DNA of 63,729 nucleotides, counting the filler, from Pelomyxa schiedti (Eukaryota > Protista > Evosea), in assembly GCA_020536535.1 (NCBI GenBank). It is 11 parts of 11 records of this genome, joined end to end, with 100 filler letters (N's around TTAATTAATTAA, not from the genome) between each part and the next. Parts side by side here need not be neighbours in the genome. Positions count along the whole stretch, not along the records: positions 1 to 9,176 come from JAHLWZ010001299.1; positions 9,277 to 17,029 come from JAHLWZ010000754.1; 9 more parts are not named here. The stretch is one strand, 5' to 3'. The notes under the pieces are model-generated. The model did no database searches, was not told the origin of the DNA, and saw only the letters and a program-made list of their open reading frames with translations. A program made the position numbers and the translations under genes. This document shows positions 1 to 12,213 of the stretch, piece after piece. Position 1 is the first letter of the stretch; each line of letters opens with the position of its first letter.

Positions 1-171
1 ATGGTTGTGTAGAGAATTAATCGCTGTGAGTGTTCCTGTGGCTGGGTTGTGAGGATTGTCAGTATTTGCGAAGTTATTTCCACTCCAATCTCCTCCCCCG
101 GGAAGAGGAAAAAAATTCCAACAATAAAACTATTTTTAGTTTGTGTCATTCCCGAGCCGATCGATTGAGTT

Positions 172-1125
172 TTGTCTCATGTGCCTGGGTTGTCGTGGGT
201 GATGGGCGCAGGTCGCAGAGGCGTTGTTCCCTCTCGTTGCCCGGGCCTGCAGGGAGGAACAGCGAGCGCGAGTGCGTGCCGGTGCTGTGTGGCCTCTGCG
301 GCGCCGGGAGGGCCTCGCTGGCCCAGGAGCTGGTGGATATCGCTCGAGTGGTGGGTGCCGCGGAGGGCCTGCGCGGGGGGGAGCAGCGGCGGGGGCTTGT
401 TAGACTACTTTTCTTCCCATTCTCGACGCACCGGTAGATAATTAATCAGGTGGCTTTGTTTAGTTTCTTCAACAATCCAATCATTTCTTCTTCCCTTTCG
501 TCAGGTAATCATCCTCCCGCCAAGTCGGGAGTGACCACTTCATCTGGTGTAGCTCAGGAGACGTTTTCCCTCTTTGCAGGAGGTGCCATTATTTCTTTTA
601 CGTAACACCCGCTACCTTTAGACTACGTATATGTATATAACAACCCGCTTTTGCGGGACGGAAACGTACGGCGAATGCAACGGCGAATGCAACTCTTGAA
701 TTTCTTCTTATTGTAGGTTAAGGACCTTCATGGGAATTTACAATGAAAATGAAAAACTTCCTCCATCACCAGCTGTTACTGCAGACCGCGGTCTTATTTC
801 CTTCCTCCAGGGGTACTTCACATGAATATATAAGTACTACGGATGACGCTTTACTGTTGAACCTGACTGCCTGTGGGCATCAGGTGAATGTTGTTTGTGG
901 CATGTGATACTTTTCCAGATTTTTATCCTGACTCAGTCGAGGTGTTTTGGGAGGCACAAAGGTTGTTACTTCAGTTCTCCTTCCGTCTTCTCAACAACAT
1001 TGTTCCAAATTTTAAAGTACATCATTTCCTGCAGATTCCGGAACACTCATACTGAAGAACAGGCCCTGTGGGATGCATCCAGTTGTGGCCCGAGTGAAAA
1101 GTTCAGCCCTTTGATTACTAGTTAG
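172..1125 (+). CDS. Hypothetical spliced gene, boundaries uncertain
   Basis: GC-rich first segment (about 200-400) followed by several plausible GT..AG introns and short open exons (e.g. RLRTFMGIYNENEKLPPSP, DFYPDSVEVFWEAQRLLL). No family recognised. Confidence 0.3.
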
Positions 1126-1437
1126 TTTTCAACCCAGCCGTGTCAATTATCCCATTTTCATTTGCCTAAACTTCACGTTCACCTTCCTTTATCCCAGAAA
1201 AGCCACCGTTCTCGAACTGAAACAAGTGCAATACCTTATTGGCCAGCAAGCAGCTTCTGCCTGCCCACGGCTCAGCACCTTTCATTTTGGTGCTTCTTAT
1301 GGTAAAGAACAAAAACATAGAAAGAAATTTTCATTTTGATTTTCCCTTGTTCTGGGTTTCATTAGAATGGACTTGCAACAACAGGATTGAGTGGTCGTTG
1401 TTTAGTGGGTGGGATATGACTACTCCAGGGAGTAGGC

Positions 1438-3692
1438 TCAGCCAAGTATTTTCTTGCGAATGTGCATGAGGTAAGGTGTTTTGAATGTAGTGTCACTGAG
1501 ATAGGGCAGTATTTGCTTCACGAGGTTCGCGTGGTGCTCGGGGTTGCTCACGGCGACATCGAGTGCGGTCTGCACAACAAAGTTGCCGTACTGGTCTTGC
1601 AACAGTGCCCCAAGTGCGGAAGTGCTTGCTATTTCACCAATTAGCCTCTCAAAGCAAGCCTTGTCGGCCACCTTCAAGCACTTTTTTGCATAGAATTGAG
1701 TTGATGGAAAAGAGTGTGTGTCCGGTACCTTCTCTATCACGTTGGAGCTGAATTTCTGTGTGCATAGGCGAGGAATGCTGCCATACAGGGCGCCAATGAC
1801 TCGGCTGATGTACAACGGGCAGTGAGAGAGTATGTGCTGGATCACATAGTTTCCATACTGGTCTTGAACCAGGTCAAGTTCATTGGCAATGAGAACTCGC
1901 ATTAGATCTTCCTGTTTTTTTGAATGCAAGAAAGCACTATCTGAATGGAGTCATACCAACTGTTCAGAGCTTGCATAGTCAATGCAACGGCTTACAACGG
2001 TGCAACCCACTTTATGTGTGCTGACATCCAGGCAATGGCCCTTGACAAATTCATACAAAAATTCCACTTGGGAATGACTGTATGTTTTCAAGAAGGATTG
2101 TAACAAGTAATTTCCTTTGGGATCTTTGATGAGGAGCATCATGTTCGGCTTAATCGTTTCTGTGATGAGTGAAACCTGTGTGAGTTTTTAGTGCTTTGTC
2201 GGATGGAGAATATTTTGCCAAGTACCTGCTCTTCATTGAGGAATTCCAATATTTTCTGCACACCATGGCTCCCATATGGGTTACAGGCAAAACTGACAAC
2301 ATGTGATGATATTTTGGAAACAATCATGTAACGTTGCTTTGAGCTGCAGTATTGCATCAATTTTGGTACCAAGTACTGTCCATATGGATCTGCAAAAGAA
2401 AGAGACACTGTCAGTATGCAAAATACCCAATGAAATATGAGTAAGAGGGAGGCACCAGTCATCATGTCAACAATGTGGTCATACACCTCGTTGAAAATTA
2501 TGGTTACATTTTCAGGGCAGTTATAAGACTCTTCCAATTGCTTTTGAAGGAAGCGGCAGCCGGCTTGGTATTTTGTCAAGTGGTATATTTGACCTTGCAT
2601 TTCAAAGAGAGAGGCACCGGATTTTGAATCGTCCATAGTGAATTTGCCATATTTTATTTCCTCGGAGGCTTTGGAGAGCTTTTGTTGCTTTGGGGAAGTG
2701 TTTGCTGGGGAAAGGCCCACTGGAGGCGGAGGTGGTGCAGGAGAAAGTTTCGTTGCTGTGGATAGAAACTGTTCTCGTGGAAATGGAGCCCAGGTTTCTT
2801 CCAAGGCAGAGGGTACAACTTGAATCATGACAGGTTTCTGTGATGTCTTGACGTTGCCGTTAGTATTTACAACTGTCGGCAGTGCGCTGCTAGCTGTGGT
2901 CACATTATATACCTCTGAGTCGAGAGTCTTTACCATGGTCGGGAAACTGTCACACATTACTCCATGTGCTACTTAATGATTTTATTTACCTGGGAAAGAT
3001 AATATCACTTGGTTTCCCTTGCTCAGCAGGTTTTGTGAGTTTCAATGGCAACGCAGTGGTGCCTTTTGCATGTGGCTTAAATACACTGTCAATCACATCA
3101 CTCAGTGGTCGAGGAGTGGGAAGAAAAGAGGTATTGAGAATTGCAGGGGGGGGTGCTGGTGTTGGAGGTTCTTGTAAAATTGTCAACTCTGATGCACGGT
3201 TTTGTGTGGTTGCTTGTGTGAATGTGACAGTCGTTGCAGAAGGTGATAATACAGGGGAAGGAGGCATATTAAGTGGTGGACCAGTCCAAATGTTGTGTGG
3301 TGATACAGGCGGTGAGTTAGCAATTCCTGAGAAGACATAGAATTGGTCAGATTTGTACAAATACTGAGATACATACCCAGAGAACGGGCAGTCAAGTCGC
3401 CCAGTGTCCTTGAAGGTGACAGGGCAAAAGTACTGTTGCTGCACACATCAAGCCTCTTTCCCTCAGCAGTTTCGTTCATCAACTCCTTCAGGCGCTCAAG
3501 CTCGATCGACCTCTCTTCCAAAATGAGGTCTTGCAATTGTACGACGAGATGTTCGAGACGGTCTATTTGCATGTCCTTCTCGTAAATGAGTTGTTGCTGT
3601 TGTTGAATTTGCCGCTTCAGTCCCTCCAGTGCAATCGAGTCAGATGATGAAGGCAGTGACACAGTCCGATCAGGTGATCGAATTGAATGCAT
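1438..3692 (-). CDS. Pumilio/PUF RNA-binding protein, Puf4/5 (APUM7-like) type, 8 C-terminal Puf repeats
   Basis: Spliced ORFs give eight repeats: YQAGCRFLQ, DPYGQYLVP, NPYGSHGVQ, DPKGNYLLQ, HKVGCTVVS, DQYGNYVIQ, QKFSSNVIE, DQYGNFVVQ. N-terminal coiled-coil and Pro/Ser-rich region. TGA at 1438-1440. Confidence 0.92.
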
Positions 3693-4291
3693 GGCACCTG
3701 TGTCTACTCCAAAACGAAACTCTGGAGGGCAAAAGCATAAAAAATGAGTGTTAAATGACGAGGAGGCAAAAAAAAAAAAAAAAAAGTGACACACCTCCGT
3801 CCATATGTTGCGTGGGTGATGTTTTACTATGATGTCACTGATGCTACACTATACGCGTACCGACAACGGAGATCCCGACGAACGTGCGGTCCTCGCACAA
3901 GCGCGATTTGTTTGATCGTGATTTGTTGTAGCACTTCGAAACGAGTCATTCTCTGAGGAAATATTTTTTTGGCACTGAGCACGCGATTACGTGCTCCATC
4001 ACTGCCCCTTCAATCGTTTTTTTTTTTTTCTGTTGTTCGTTTCCTCCTTAGTCCCAACCTTTCAAGACGAGAACAAGCTGTGAGGTGTCTACGCATGTGG
4101 ATCTGACGCCCCTGGGGTGGCTCATGATGGTCTCAGACTAGAGACCATCAATCTAAAAAAGTCCCCGACAAGAAGAAGAAAATCTGTTGGGTTGGTGGAC
4201 AGCCACGAGCAGTCGCTACTACAGCTAGTCTCTAGTGTACCACGTGGCCGCCAGGGGGAGGAGGAGGAGGAGCGGGGGCAGGGGAGTTTCC

Positions 4292-4539
4292 ATGTCTGTG
4301 GTAGTAGGGGAATCGTCTCCGCCGCCGCCGCCGTCGTCGTGGAGCGACGACGAGCCGCCTCACAACAAGGCGTACATTGGGTCGCATGTCGCGCTGGCTG
4401 TTGTTTACGTGGTGCTGTCGGCCGTGAGCCTCGCTGCTTTGGTGAAAAGGTGCACTAGGAAACTCAGTGGCACAAAGAAAAACACTTGGCAGGTATGTGT
4501 TGTGTTTTGTTGACACTATTTTCGATTTTGTTCCACTTC

Positions 4540-4593
<54 letters not shown>

Positions 4594-5699
4594 TTTGTTG
4601 TGGTTTTTGTTGTGTGGGTGATTGTGAACAACTCCATTTTTGTTTCTCAATACAAACTATCATAGATATGGTTTCACTGCCTATTTGTTCTTGGGTGCTG
4701 GAGTATGCCATATTATTTTCAAAATATAGTGGTTAACTAGTAAGGGGGAAACAGCCCGAGCCTCCTTTTTTGCATATCTTTGTTGGGAAGACCGCTTTTT
4801 CCCTTCTGCACTTGCAGTGTTTTTGAATTATGTTCCAAGTTATATGTACTTCTCATGCTACTTCATTGTAATTATATGCTGGTTGGAAAGACCTCATCCT
4901 TTCGTACTCTCTAATATGCCTTTTGGTAGGGCAGAGGTCTATCATGCAAAACTTTCCTCTAGCGGCTCAGCTGACCGCACCTATGCCGCACTACAAGTCA
5001 CACTTATTGTGCGCATTTCTCTTCATTCTAAGAAAGTGACATTAAACATGCTGTAAGGTTGCCAATGCTGTTATTTATTCCTTCCTTGTGGCCCTATTCA
5101 CCTGTTTTACCATTCTTTTTGCAATTGACCGCCCACAAAGTTCCAGTGACATGTGGTCAGGTAGCATGCCACCTCCAAGTGATATGGCGAGCTCTGATGA
5201 ACAGTGGCAGCAAAGATTACAATTGGCTCTGATTTCCGTAGAATTGCCTTTTGGAAATGCCCTCTTACCATTATTAGGGCACAATAGCACTGTACTATTT
5301 ACTTGCTGGAGGGTTTGCCCTCTATGGGGGATTGATTCTTCACAAAATTATTTCACAGCACACGCGCAGCTACCTGCGAACCTGCAGTGTCTTGCATGAC
5401 GTGCTTCCGCGAGTAATTGCCATAACACTTCTTTGCACATGTTGCTTTATATGCCGGGGGACTATTATGGTACGTATTTCATGTTTGTAAGCCAGTAACT
5501 AACATGTATTGAGTGGGTGTGCATAGATACCCCTGTATCACAGTCACTGTGGTGGTTTGACTTGGTGTACTTTACGGGTCTTGAAGTTGTGCCTCTGGCA
5601 ATGATGCTTGTTTTATTGAGAGTTCAGAATACCAGAAGTAAAACTCCCTCATTCAATTTGCCTTACTTACTCCCTTGCCAGATAAAGACCAACCATTAA
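4292..5699 (+). CDS. Multi-pass membrane protein, GPR137 / THH1-TOM1-TOM3-like
   Basis: Hydrophobic exons (SHVALAVVYVVLSAVSLAALV; LNYVPSYMYFSCYFIVIICW; WWFDLVYFTGLEVVPLAMMLVLL). The last helix matches the pattern I recall for this 7TM-like family. Confidence 0.55.
4542..4590 (+). repeat. Poly-T tract (T49) in the first intron of the membrane-protein gene
   Basis: Directly visible homopolymer. Confidence 0.95.
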
Positions 5700-5864
5700 T
5701 TGGCAAAGACAAATCTATACAAAATGTATTTAATACTAGATAACTTTTTCCCACAACTTACAACCATAATCCGTATGGTCACCACGACTGTTCTCACGGT
5801 CTCCCTGCCGGGATTCCCAGAATCCTGGTTTCCGGGAAGAACGAACCGGTTTGGTAAGTAGGCG

Positions 5865-7328
5865 ATGCGACGAGCGGCGTTTGACGACAGCGACGCGTCA
5901 GTTTTGATCGCGGCGGACGTCGGGGACGTTGGCTGGCTGCGGGCCAAGTTGGGGTCAGCCGACTGCGACGTGGCGGCGACTGTGAACAGGGCGTACAGGC
6001 ACTCGCGGTTCAACAAGTTGGTCACCCCGCTGCACGTCGCTTGTAGGTTTGTGCGTGCGCGTGTGTTTGTGTGCATCCTGCTTGCGTGCTTGCTTGTTGG
6101 CGATTTGTGGTGGTTACTCTTTTCTTGCATTTGTGGCTCATTGGGAAAGGTAGATCGGGGCACCTTGGCACTGCTGCGTACTTGATTGAGAGGGGAGCTT
6201 CCTTGGGTATCTTTTTTTTTTTTTTATTCTCGTTGACTTGCAATGGGCGACGTTTTGAAGTGACGGACACCTTCCTTTTATCTTTTTTTTTTTTTTCTTT
6301 CCTTTTTTGGGTATGTGAGAGGGGAGGGATGTGGAGAATTGGACTGCACTGTATTATGCTGCAAATAGTGGGTTAGTTGTGCCCATTTTTTATGCCTCCA
6401 CGTGGGTTTCTAACTCGCAAAAAGACACACCAACATCGTGAAAATGCTTATTGAGCGCGGCGCCAATGCCAACATTCAAGACAACTTGTTTCATCGATCT
6501 CCATTGGATGTGGCAAAATACAAACAGTTTGAGGACCTTGTGGACTTGTTGGCACCACCCGGAACGCCGCGGGGAAATTACATCCCCAGAGCCGCACAGG
6601 ACATTGAAAAGGAAGGAAACAAGCCAGTTATCCAAGGAATTCACTTCAACTTGCATTCGGATTTATTTCTTGGAAGGTTTGGTTTTTCAACCTCTCTCGA
6701 CACCCTCTCCATAAAGGTCATCATGAATTGATTTGATCACCCAGATACCGGCTCTCACCGCAGGATGTTTCCACAGTTACTGTGTTTAGAAAATCCCTGT
6801 CAGCACCAGATATAACTGTTCCTGACGCAATGGATGAGTTGATTAGCGCCAAAGTGAGCATGAGGTTTACCCACAGCAGAGAAAGACATTTGACTGAAAC
6901 CATTGCACTCCAGCAGGATGACGGCTGTGACATATTCCTCCGCTCTTTCACTCTCAGCACTTCAGAACACATTCTGATCCAACCGGCCTCATCACACCCC
7001 TCAACAACCAACACCATAGTAGTAAACTCAGGGCTGTGACAACCAGGCCAACATAATGTGGAATCAAAAAAAAAAATTCTGGTTTTTTGTTTGTTTGATT
7101 TATTTACTAGAACGGTGGTGCTTCGCACCACGTAATGGGAGCGAAGCGCGGAGAATAACTGTGCATCTAAGTCTGATTCTCAGTGATTCCCTAAGAATCA
7201 GAGATGATGGGTTCAGAAAAGCAACTGTCAGTGCATGGAGATGGACGCATGTGTGTTGGTTAAACACAATGATAGCAACCTTTAGGGACATTGTAGTGCT
7301 GACCTGGTTCTTACAACATGAATACTAA
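5865..7328 (+). CDS. Ankyrin-repeat protein
   Basis: Ankyrin motifs in successive exons: VTPLHVACR, GHLGTAAYLIERGASL, IVKMLIERGANANIQD..RSPLDVA. C-terminal exons unrecognised, so the end is approximate. Confidence 0.75.
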
Positions 7329-7354
7329 CTCCTTACAATAACTGCTGTTCACAA

Positions 7355-8250
7355 CCTCTTTAAGAGGCCCAGCCTATGCGCCTCGTTGAGGGAGAGGCAG
7401 CCTCCTGGCCGCAGGAGAGCAGCAGCGAGCTCCGCCGGTGCCGCATCGCAGGGGGAGGGGCGCCGCCCCTCCCCCTGTCCCCCTCCCACTGATGCCGGCC
7501 GCGAGCAGCGCCACATCGCAGGGGGAGGGGCTGCGCCCCTCCCCCTGACCCCCTCCCTCACAGCAACCAGTTGCAGACTACTGTCATTACAGCCAGACCC
7601 TTATGGACCGGGGATTCTCAGTCCGACACTCTTCCTCATTGAGCGCGGACACAAGTGGAACGTACCCTGTATTATGCTGACGGTGATGCACTGATTGCTG
7701 TAATGAGGCGATTCCTGGACGTCGTACGCATAGTCCACATACCACTCGCCCACTACTGTATCACAGAACGCACTATGGTAGATACGCCACAACAGGAAGT
7801 CCTCTGACGTTCATCTGCAACTGGTACACGAAACAAGCCAATTCCCAACTGGCGACGTCTGCCCCTTGGCAGTCGCAGGCGCGTACGTCTAACGTTAAGC
7901 GGCACCAAGCGTCTTGTGTCCGAGCCACAAATTCGAAAATCCCATAATCGGAAAAGGAGATACAGATACAGATCGCAGTGGCGATGCGGCAGTAGTCCCG
8001 AAGGCCACCCGCTCTATGACGACATGCAAGGCACGCCACGGACCGCCCCGCGACCTCTCCCTCGGCGGCTGTCGCAAATCGCTTTCTCCCTCAGAAAGGG
8101 CTTATGCCGCTCCAGTTTGCCCGAAAAGTTGTTTCCTTCCGAAAAAACGGAGGAAAAAATTGAATTATTTATTATTCAGCATATCCCCCCTCCCCGGACC
8201 TCTTCCCCCCTTTAGGCAGAGTGTCGCTTCGCTCCCATTACTCGCAGCCT
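7355..8250. mobile_element. CpG-rich, intron-free segment with twin GC hairpins; candidate non-autonomous element relic
   Basis: Two copies of CAGGGGGAGGGG-N5-CCCCTCCCCCTG (7449-7477, 7519-7547), a 12-bp palindrome CCTCTTAAGAGG (7355-7366), a CGCTTCGCTC motif near 8225, and no coherent long ORF. Confidence 0.35.
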
Positions 8251-8614
8251 ATAGGGAAGCTGTTTCAACTTGCCCTATTTGCGTGCATATTTTGTATTTA
8301 TTTTTGTATTTTTGTATTTTTGTGTGTGTTTTGGCTGGCTGTATTTGTGTGGTGTTGGTGTTTGGTTGTTTGTTGATGACTTGAGTGTGCTCAAAATTTG
8401 GGAGAGATTGCTGTGGTAGCCTTTCATGTACGAAGACAAGGTAAGGTGTCATGGGCCTCTTGGGCGCGTTGACGCCCCGGCGAATTTTGTGCTTTGCTGG
8501 AGTCTTCTTTGCCGGCAGATTATTGGAGTTGAACATAGTAGTAGCAGAAAGAGGCGGTGCTGCAGTTCCTGCTACTATGCCGCCCCCGCCTCTTTCTGCT
8601 ACTACTATGCTCAA
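8249..8614 (-). pseudogene. Truncated HMG-box-like gene
   Basis: RRGVNAPKRPMTPYLVFVHERLPQ matches helix 1 of an HMG box, but no helix 2/3 (..LGE.W) follows in any frame I could splice. Confidence 0.45.
8534..8609. repeat. 24-bp perfect inverted repeat with 28-nt spacer
   Basis: CATAGTAGTAGCAGAAAGAGGCGG (8534-8557) and its reverse complement (8586-8609). Confidence 0.95.
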
Positions 8615-8805
8615 TGCAATTCAGCCTACACTTACATGGAAAAGCGCCATTGGCCGTAATCGTAGTAGTCCTAAGGTGTGTTGTTGTCGTAGTCGGTTGT
8701 CACCAGAGGAGCGAGGACGGCTGTTGTGTTACCGCCGGTGGTGGTGTTGGTCGTGGTGAATGTACCATTCACTTTGACCAGAAGCCCAAGACTTTGTCCC
8801 CCTGA

Positions 8806-8881
8806 TGATCAATCTCCTGTGTCGCTTCCTCAAGTGCTCAGGCTCTGCCACACAGGAGATTGATCAGCTCATAGCTATGAG
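8806..8881. repeat. 17-bp perfect inverted repeat plus adjacent 14-bp palindrome
   Basis: TGATCAATCTCCTGTGT (8806-8822) / ACACAGGAGATTGATCA (8850-8866); CTCATAGCTATGAG (8868-8881). Confidence 0.95.
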
Positions 8882-9028
8882 TACAAATAAAATTGTGTCT
8901 TGTCTACCCCAGCACCACCAACGTCACCACTGATGCCGCCCAGTCATGCCACCTTTGCCGTGGTGCCACGACAATCAACTATCACCAGACCCAGCTGTGT
9001 ATAAAAACATTTTCACAGAACTCCGAGA

Positions 9029-9176
9029 ATGTTAGGGTGCGCCCGCGTGGACGGCGCAATCGACGCACGTGCGCAGTTCGTGGCTGTGGGCGCCGGGGTA
9101 ATTGTGGGACGGTGCGGGGCGCACAGCGCGGCGCGGATGCTGAGCCCGCAGCTGGCGTCGGACCTGGGCCGGCAGT
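9029..9176 (+). CDS. 5' fragment of an orphan-family protein (truncated by scaffold end)
   Basis: ATG at 9029, GC-rich, encodes ARAQFVAVGAGVIVGRCGAHSAARMLSPQL, a variant of the motif seen near 51500 and 53200. Confidence 0.5.
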
Positions 9177-9276
9177 NNNNNNNNNNNNNNNNNNNNNNNN
9201 NNNNNNNNNNNNNNNNNNNNTTAATTAATTAANNNNNNNNNNNNNNNNNNNNNNNNNNNNNNNNNNNNNNNNNNNN
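9177..9276. other. Artificial scaffold-join spacer
   Basis: N44-TTAATTAATTAA-N44; stops in all six frames. Confidence 0.98.
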
Positions 9277-9585
9277 CAATGGACCCAAATGATTCCACCC
9301 TATGCACCAGTTCAGACCCTTCCCTCTTCTCGCTCTCACTTGTGCCTTGTTGATGTGATGGAAATGAACTTCTAATAACAAGTCTAAGTTTTGAATGTGT
9401 TAATTTACTGGCAGCTGTCTAGACCCACACAGCATCGAACTTGTTTGGCAAGAAAGAAACAACGAAATCCTCAAAGTCCGAAAAGGCCGCAATATCTTTA
9501 TTATTGCGGCTCTGATCACCCTGAGTTCTTCCACTCTGATGCTGGGTTCACCACTTCCCTGCCTCCCGACTTTCAACGAATTCTG

Positions 9586-12016
9586 ATGATGGAACACACG
9601 GCCCAACTTCGCAAGGGACGTTCAAAGACACCGACCCATAAGTGTGCCGTTGATACCAGGGGAGATGGCCGAGCGCATGCGGAAGGGTGGCGATGGTCAG
9701 CGGCCGTGATTATGGGTTGTATAGTTACGGGTGTGGTGTGCTTGAGGTGGTGCGTGTCAATGTCTCCTTATTCAGGTGGGGGGTTTTTGGGTTTTTGTTT
9801 TTTTTCCCCCCTTCATCCCAAAGAATATTATCACTCATTTGAGTGGCAGGATATGGTGTTGAACCTATGCATGGTGACTATGAGGCACAAAGGCACTGGA
9901 TGGAGATAACTACCGCTTTGCCATTGCATTTGTGGTGGGCACGTTATCATATTCTTTCGTTACAGTGATATGAAATTCACGTTCGGAAAAGGTATGTCAA
10001 TGGAACTGATAATGACTTGATGTATTGGGGTCTTGACTACCCTCCATTGACTGCTTATTTCAGCTGGATTTGGGGCAAAGTGTATGTTCTTGGTTCTTTC
10101 TTTTTAATTCTTAATCGGATACCTCCTGATTCCACCACTTTAAAGAGTGGGTAGTGTCAAATGTGTTAACACTCATTGCAAAGTGCCCAGGCTTTTGTAC
10201 CCTCGTTGGTTGAGCTGCATAAATCACGAGGAATTGAAACAGCAGAAACCAAGCTATTCATGAGATCCAGTGTGATTATCAGTGAGCTTATCACATATAT
10301 TCCGGCTGCTTTATTTTTTACTTTCTTATACTACAATGGAAGAAGAACTACCCTTCTGGTACTTTTTCAGTCAGTACTCCACTTTAACTCACTCCAAGAC
10401 CAGCACATCTTTCTCCTCTTATTTTTGTTGCAACCATCTCTCATTCTGATTGACCACGGCCATTTTCAGTGCGTACTAGTCTTTTTTTTACCTGTATCTG
10501 ATCCTCTTCCAATAGGTACAATGCCTGCAGCCTTGGTCTCTCTCTCCTTGCTGTTGATGCTTTACTGAGTGACATTGACATACTTGCACCAGTATTTTTN
10601 NNNNNNNNNNNNNNNNNNNNNNNNNNNNNNNNNNNNNNNNNNNNNNNNNNNNNNNNNNNNNNNNNNNNNNNNNNNNNNNNNNNNNNNNNNNNNNNNNNNG
10701 TCTTTTTTTTACCTGTATCTGATCCTCTTCCAATAGGTACAATGCCTGCAGCCTTGGTCTCTCTCTCCTTGCTGTTGATGCTTTACTGAGTGACATTGAC
10801 ATACTTGCACCAGTATTTTTCACTCTTTCGTTATCGTACAAGCAAATGGCTTTATATTTCGCCCCAGCAATGTTCTTTTGGACAACAGGCAAGGCACTGA
10901 CCAAAGAAAACAGGCAAGTATTGGCGTTCCCTTCTTTGAGTGATTTCTTATTGTTTGCCTTTCTCCAATAGATTCTTGAGACTCTTATCGTTCGCGGTCA
11001 TAACAATACTCACCTTTGTGATTTCCTGGGCACCATTTCTCACTTCAAAGGAAGTCTTTTTCCAAGTAATAACCAAACCAAACAACTTTATGAAGAGCAC
11101 TAAGAGTTCTGGCAGGTCGTTCACAGAGTATTTCCGCTTGCAAGGGGCCTTTATGAAGACAAAGTTGCCAATTTCTGGTGTGTCATATCGCCGGTTTTGA
11201 AACTAAAATACATATTTTCCCAGTCGCAGCTCGCCTTCATCAGGTTCATAAAAAATCCTAGCCGGGAAGTTCCAAAAACTCAAATTTATCTTCTTTAGCT
11301 TGATTGTCACACTGGCGGCGCTACTTCCGATTGCATATCCACTTTTGAGATATCCAAACAAGAAAAACTTGCTTCTGGGTTTAGCGGCTTCCAGTTTCGC
11401 GTTCTTTTTGTTCTCTTATCAGGTTAAAATAAAGGAGAGTTAACTGCAAAAACCCCTAACGACAATATCTTGTAGGTTCACGAGAAAACTATTTTGTTCC
11501 CTATGCTTCCGGTTTCCCTTTTGATTTTGGCATTCCCGGCATTCTCCACATGGCTCAATCTCCTCTCTCTTTTCAGGTTTTCTTTTTTTGTCGAATTCAA
11601 CCAAAACACTCACTCACCTCATCATTTCAGCCTGTATCCACTGCTGACCAAAGATGGACTTGTTATACCTTACGCGGTTCTTTTCCTCCTCTACCTCAGT
11701 GCATGCCTCTGGCTGTTGCCCATAAAACCAGCTCACAAGATTCGAATAATGGTACTCCTAAAACAAATAACAAACCAAACAAACAAATAACAAATAGAGA
11801 TTGACACTAGTACCACAGGTAATGGCACTTGCCGCCGGGGTTGTGCACTGGGCCGAGGCAACTTTTCCGCCGCCGGGGCGGTACCCGGACTTATGGGTTG
11901 TTGCTCACGCCACTCTGTCATTCCTCGGGTTCACAGTCGCCTACATTTATTCCATCATCTCGCTATATACCAACAACAACAACAACAAACCCACCCCACA
12001 CCCCCACTCACACTGA
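9586..12016 (+). CDS. ALG6: Dolichyl-PP-Man9GlcNAc2 alpha-1,3-glucosyltransferase
   Basis: Spliced motifs [66 protein letters not shown]. Contains an N gap at 10600-10699. Confidence 0.93.
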
Positions 12017-12213
12017 CTCCAAGTGATTTTAATTAATACTCCCAACACACAAACAGGGAACACAAACCCTACCATCCGTATCACCTTTTTTGGGCTTCTT
12101 CTAAATGGCAGAATCATAACAAAATTCTGTTTTTTGTTGGAACCGTTTGGCCAGCAGGTTGCTGTTGTTGTGCAAACAAAGAAGTAGTGACCACAGTTAT
12201 AGTGTTTTATATA

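Noticed and set aside
270-340. VLCGLCGAGRASLAQEL as a P-loop kinase Walker A motif
   Set aside because: It lacks the Lys and Ser/Thr of GxxxxGK[ST] and no supporting downstream motifs are seen.
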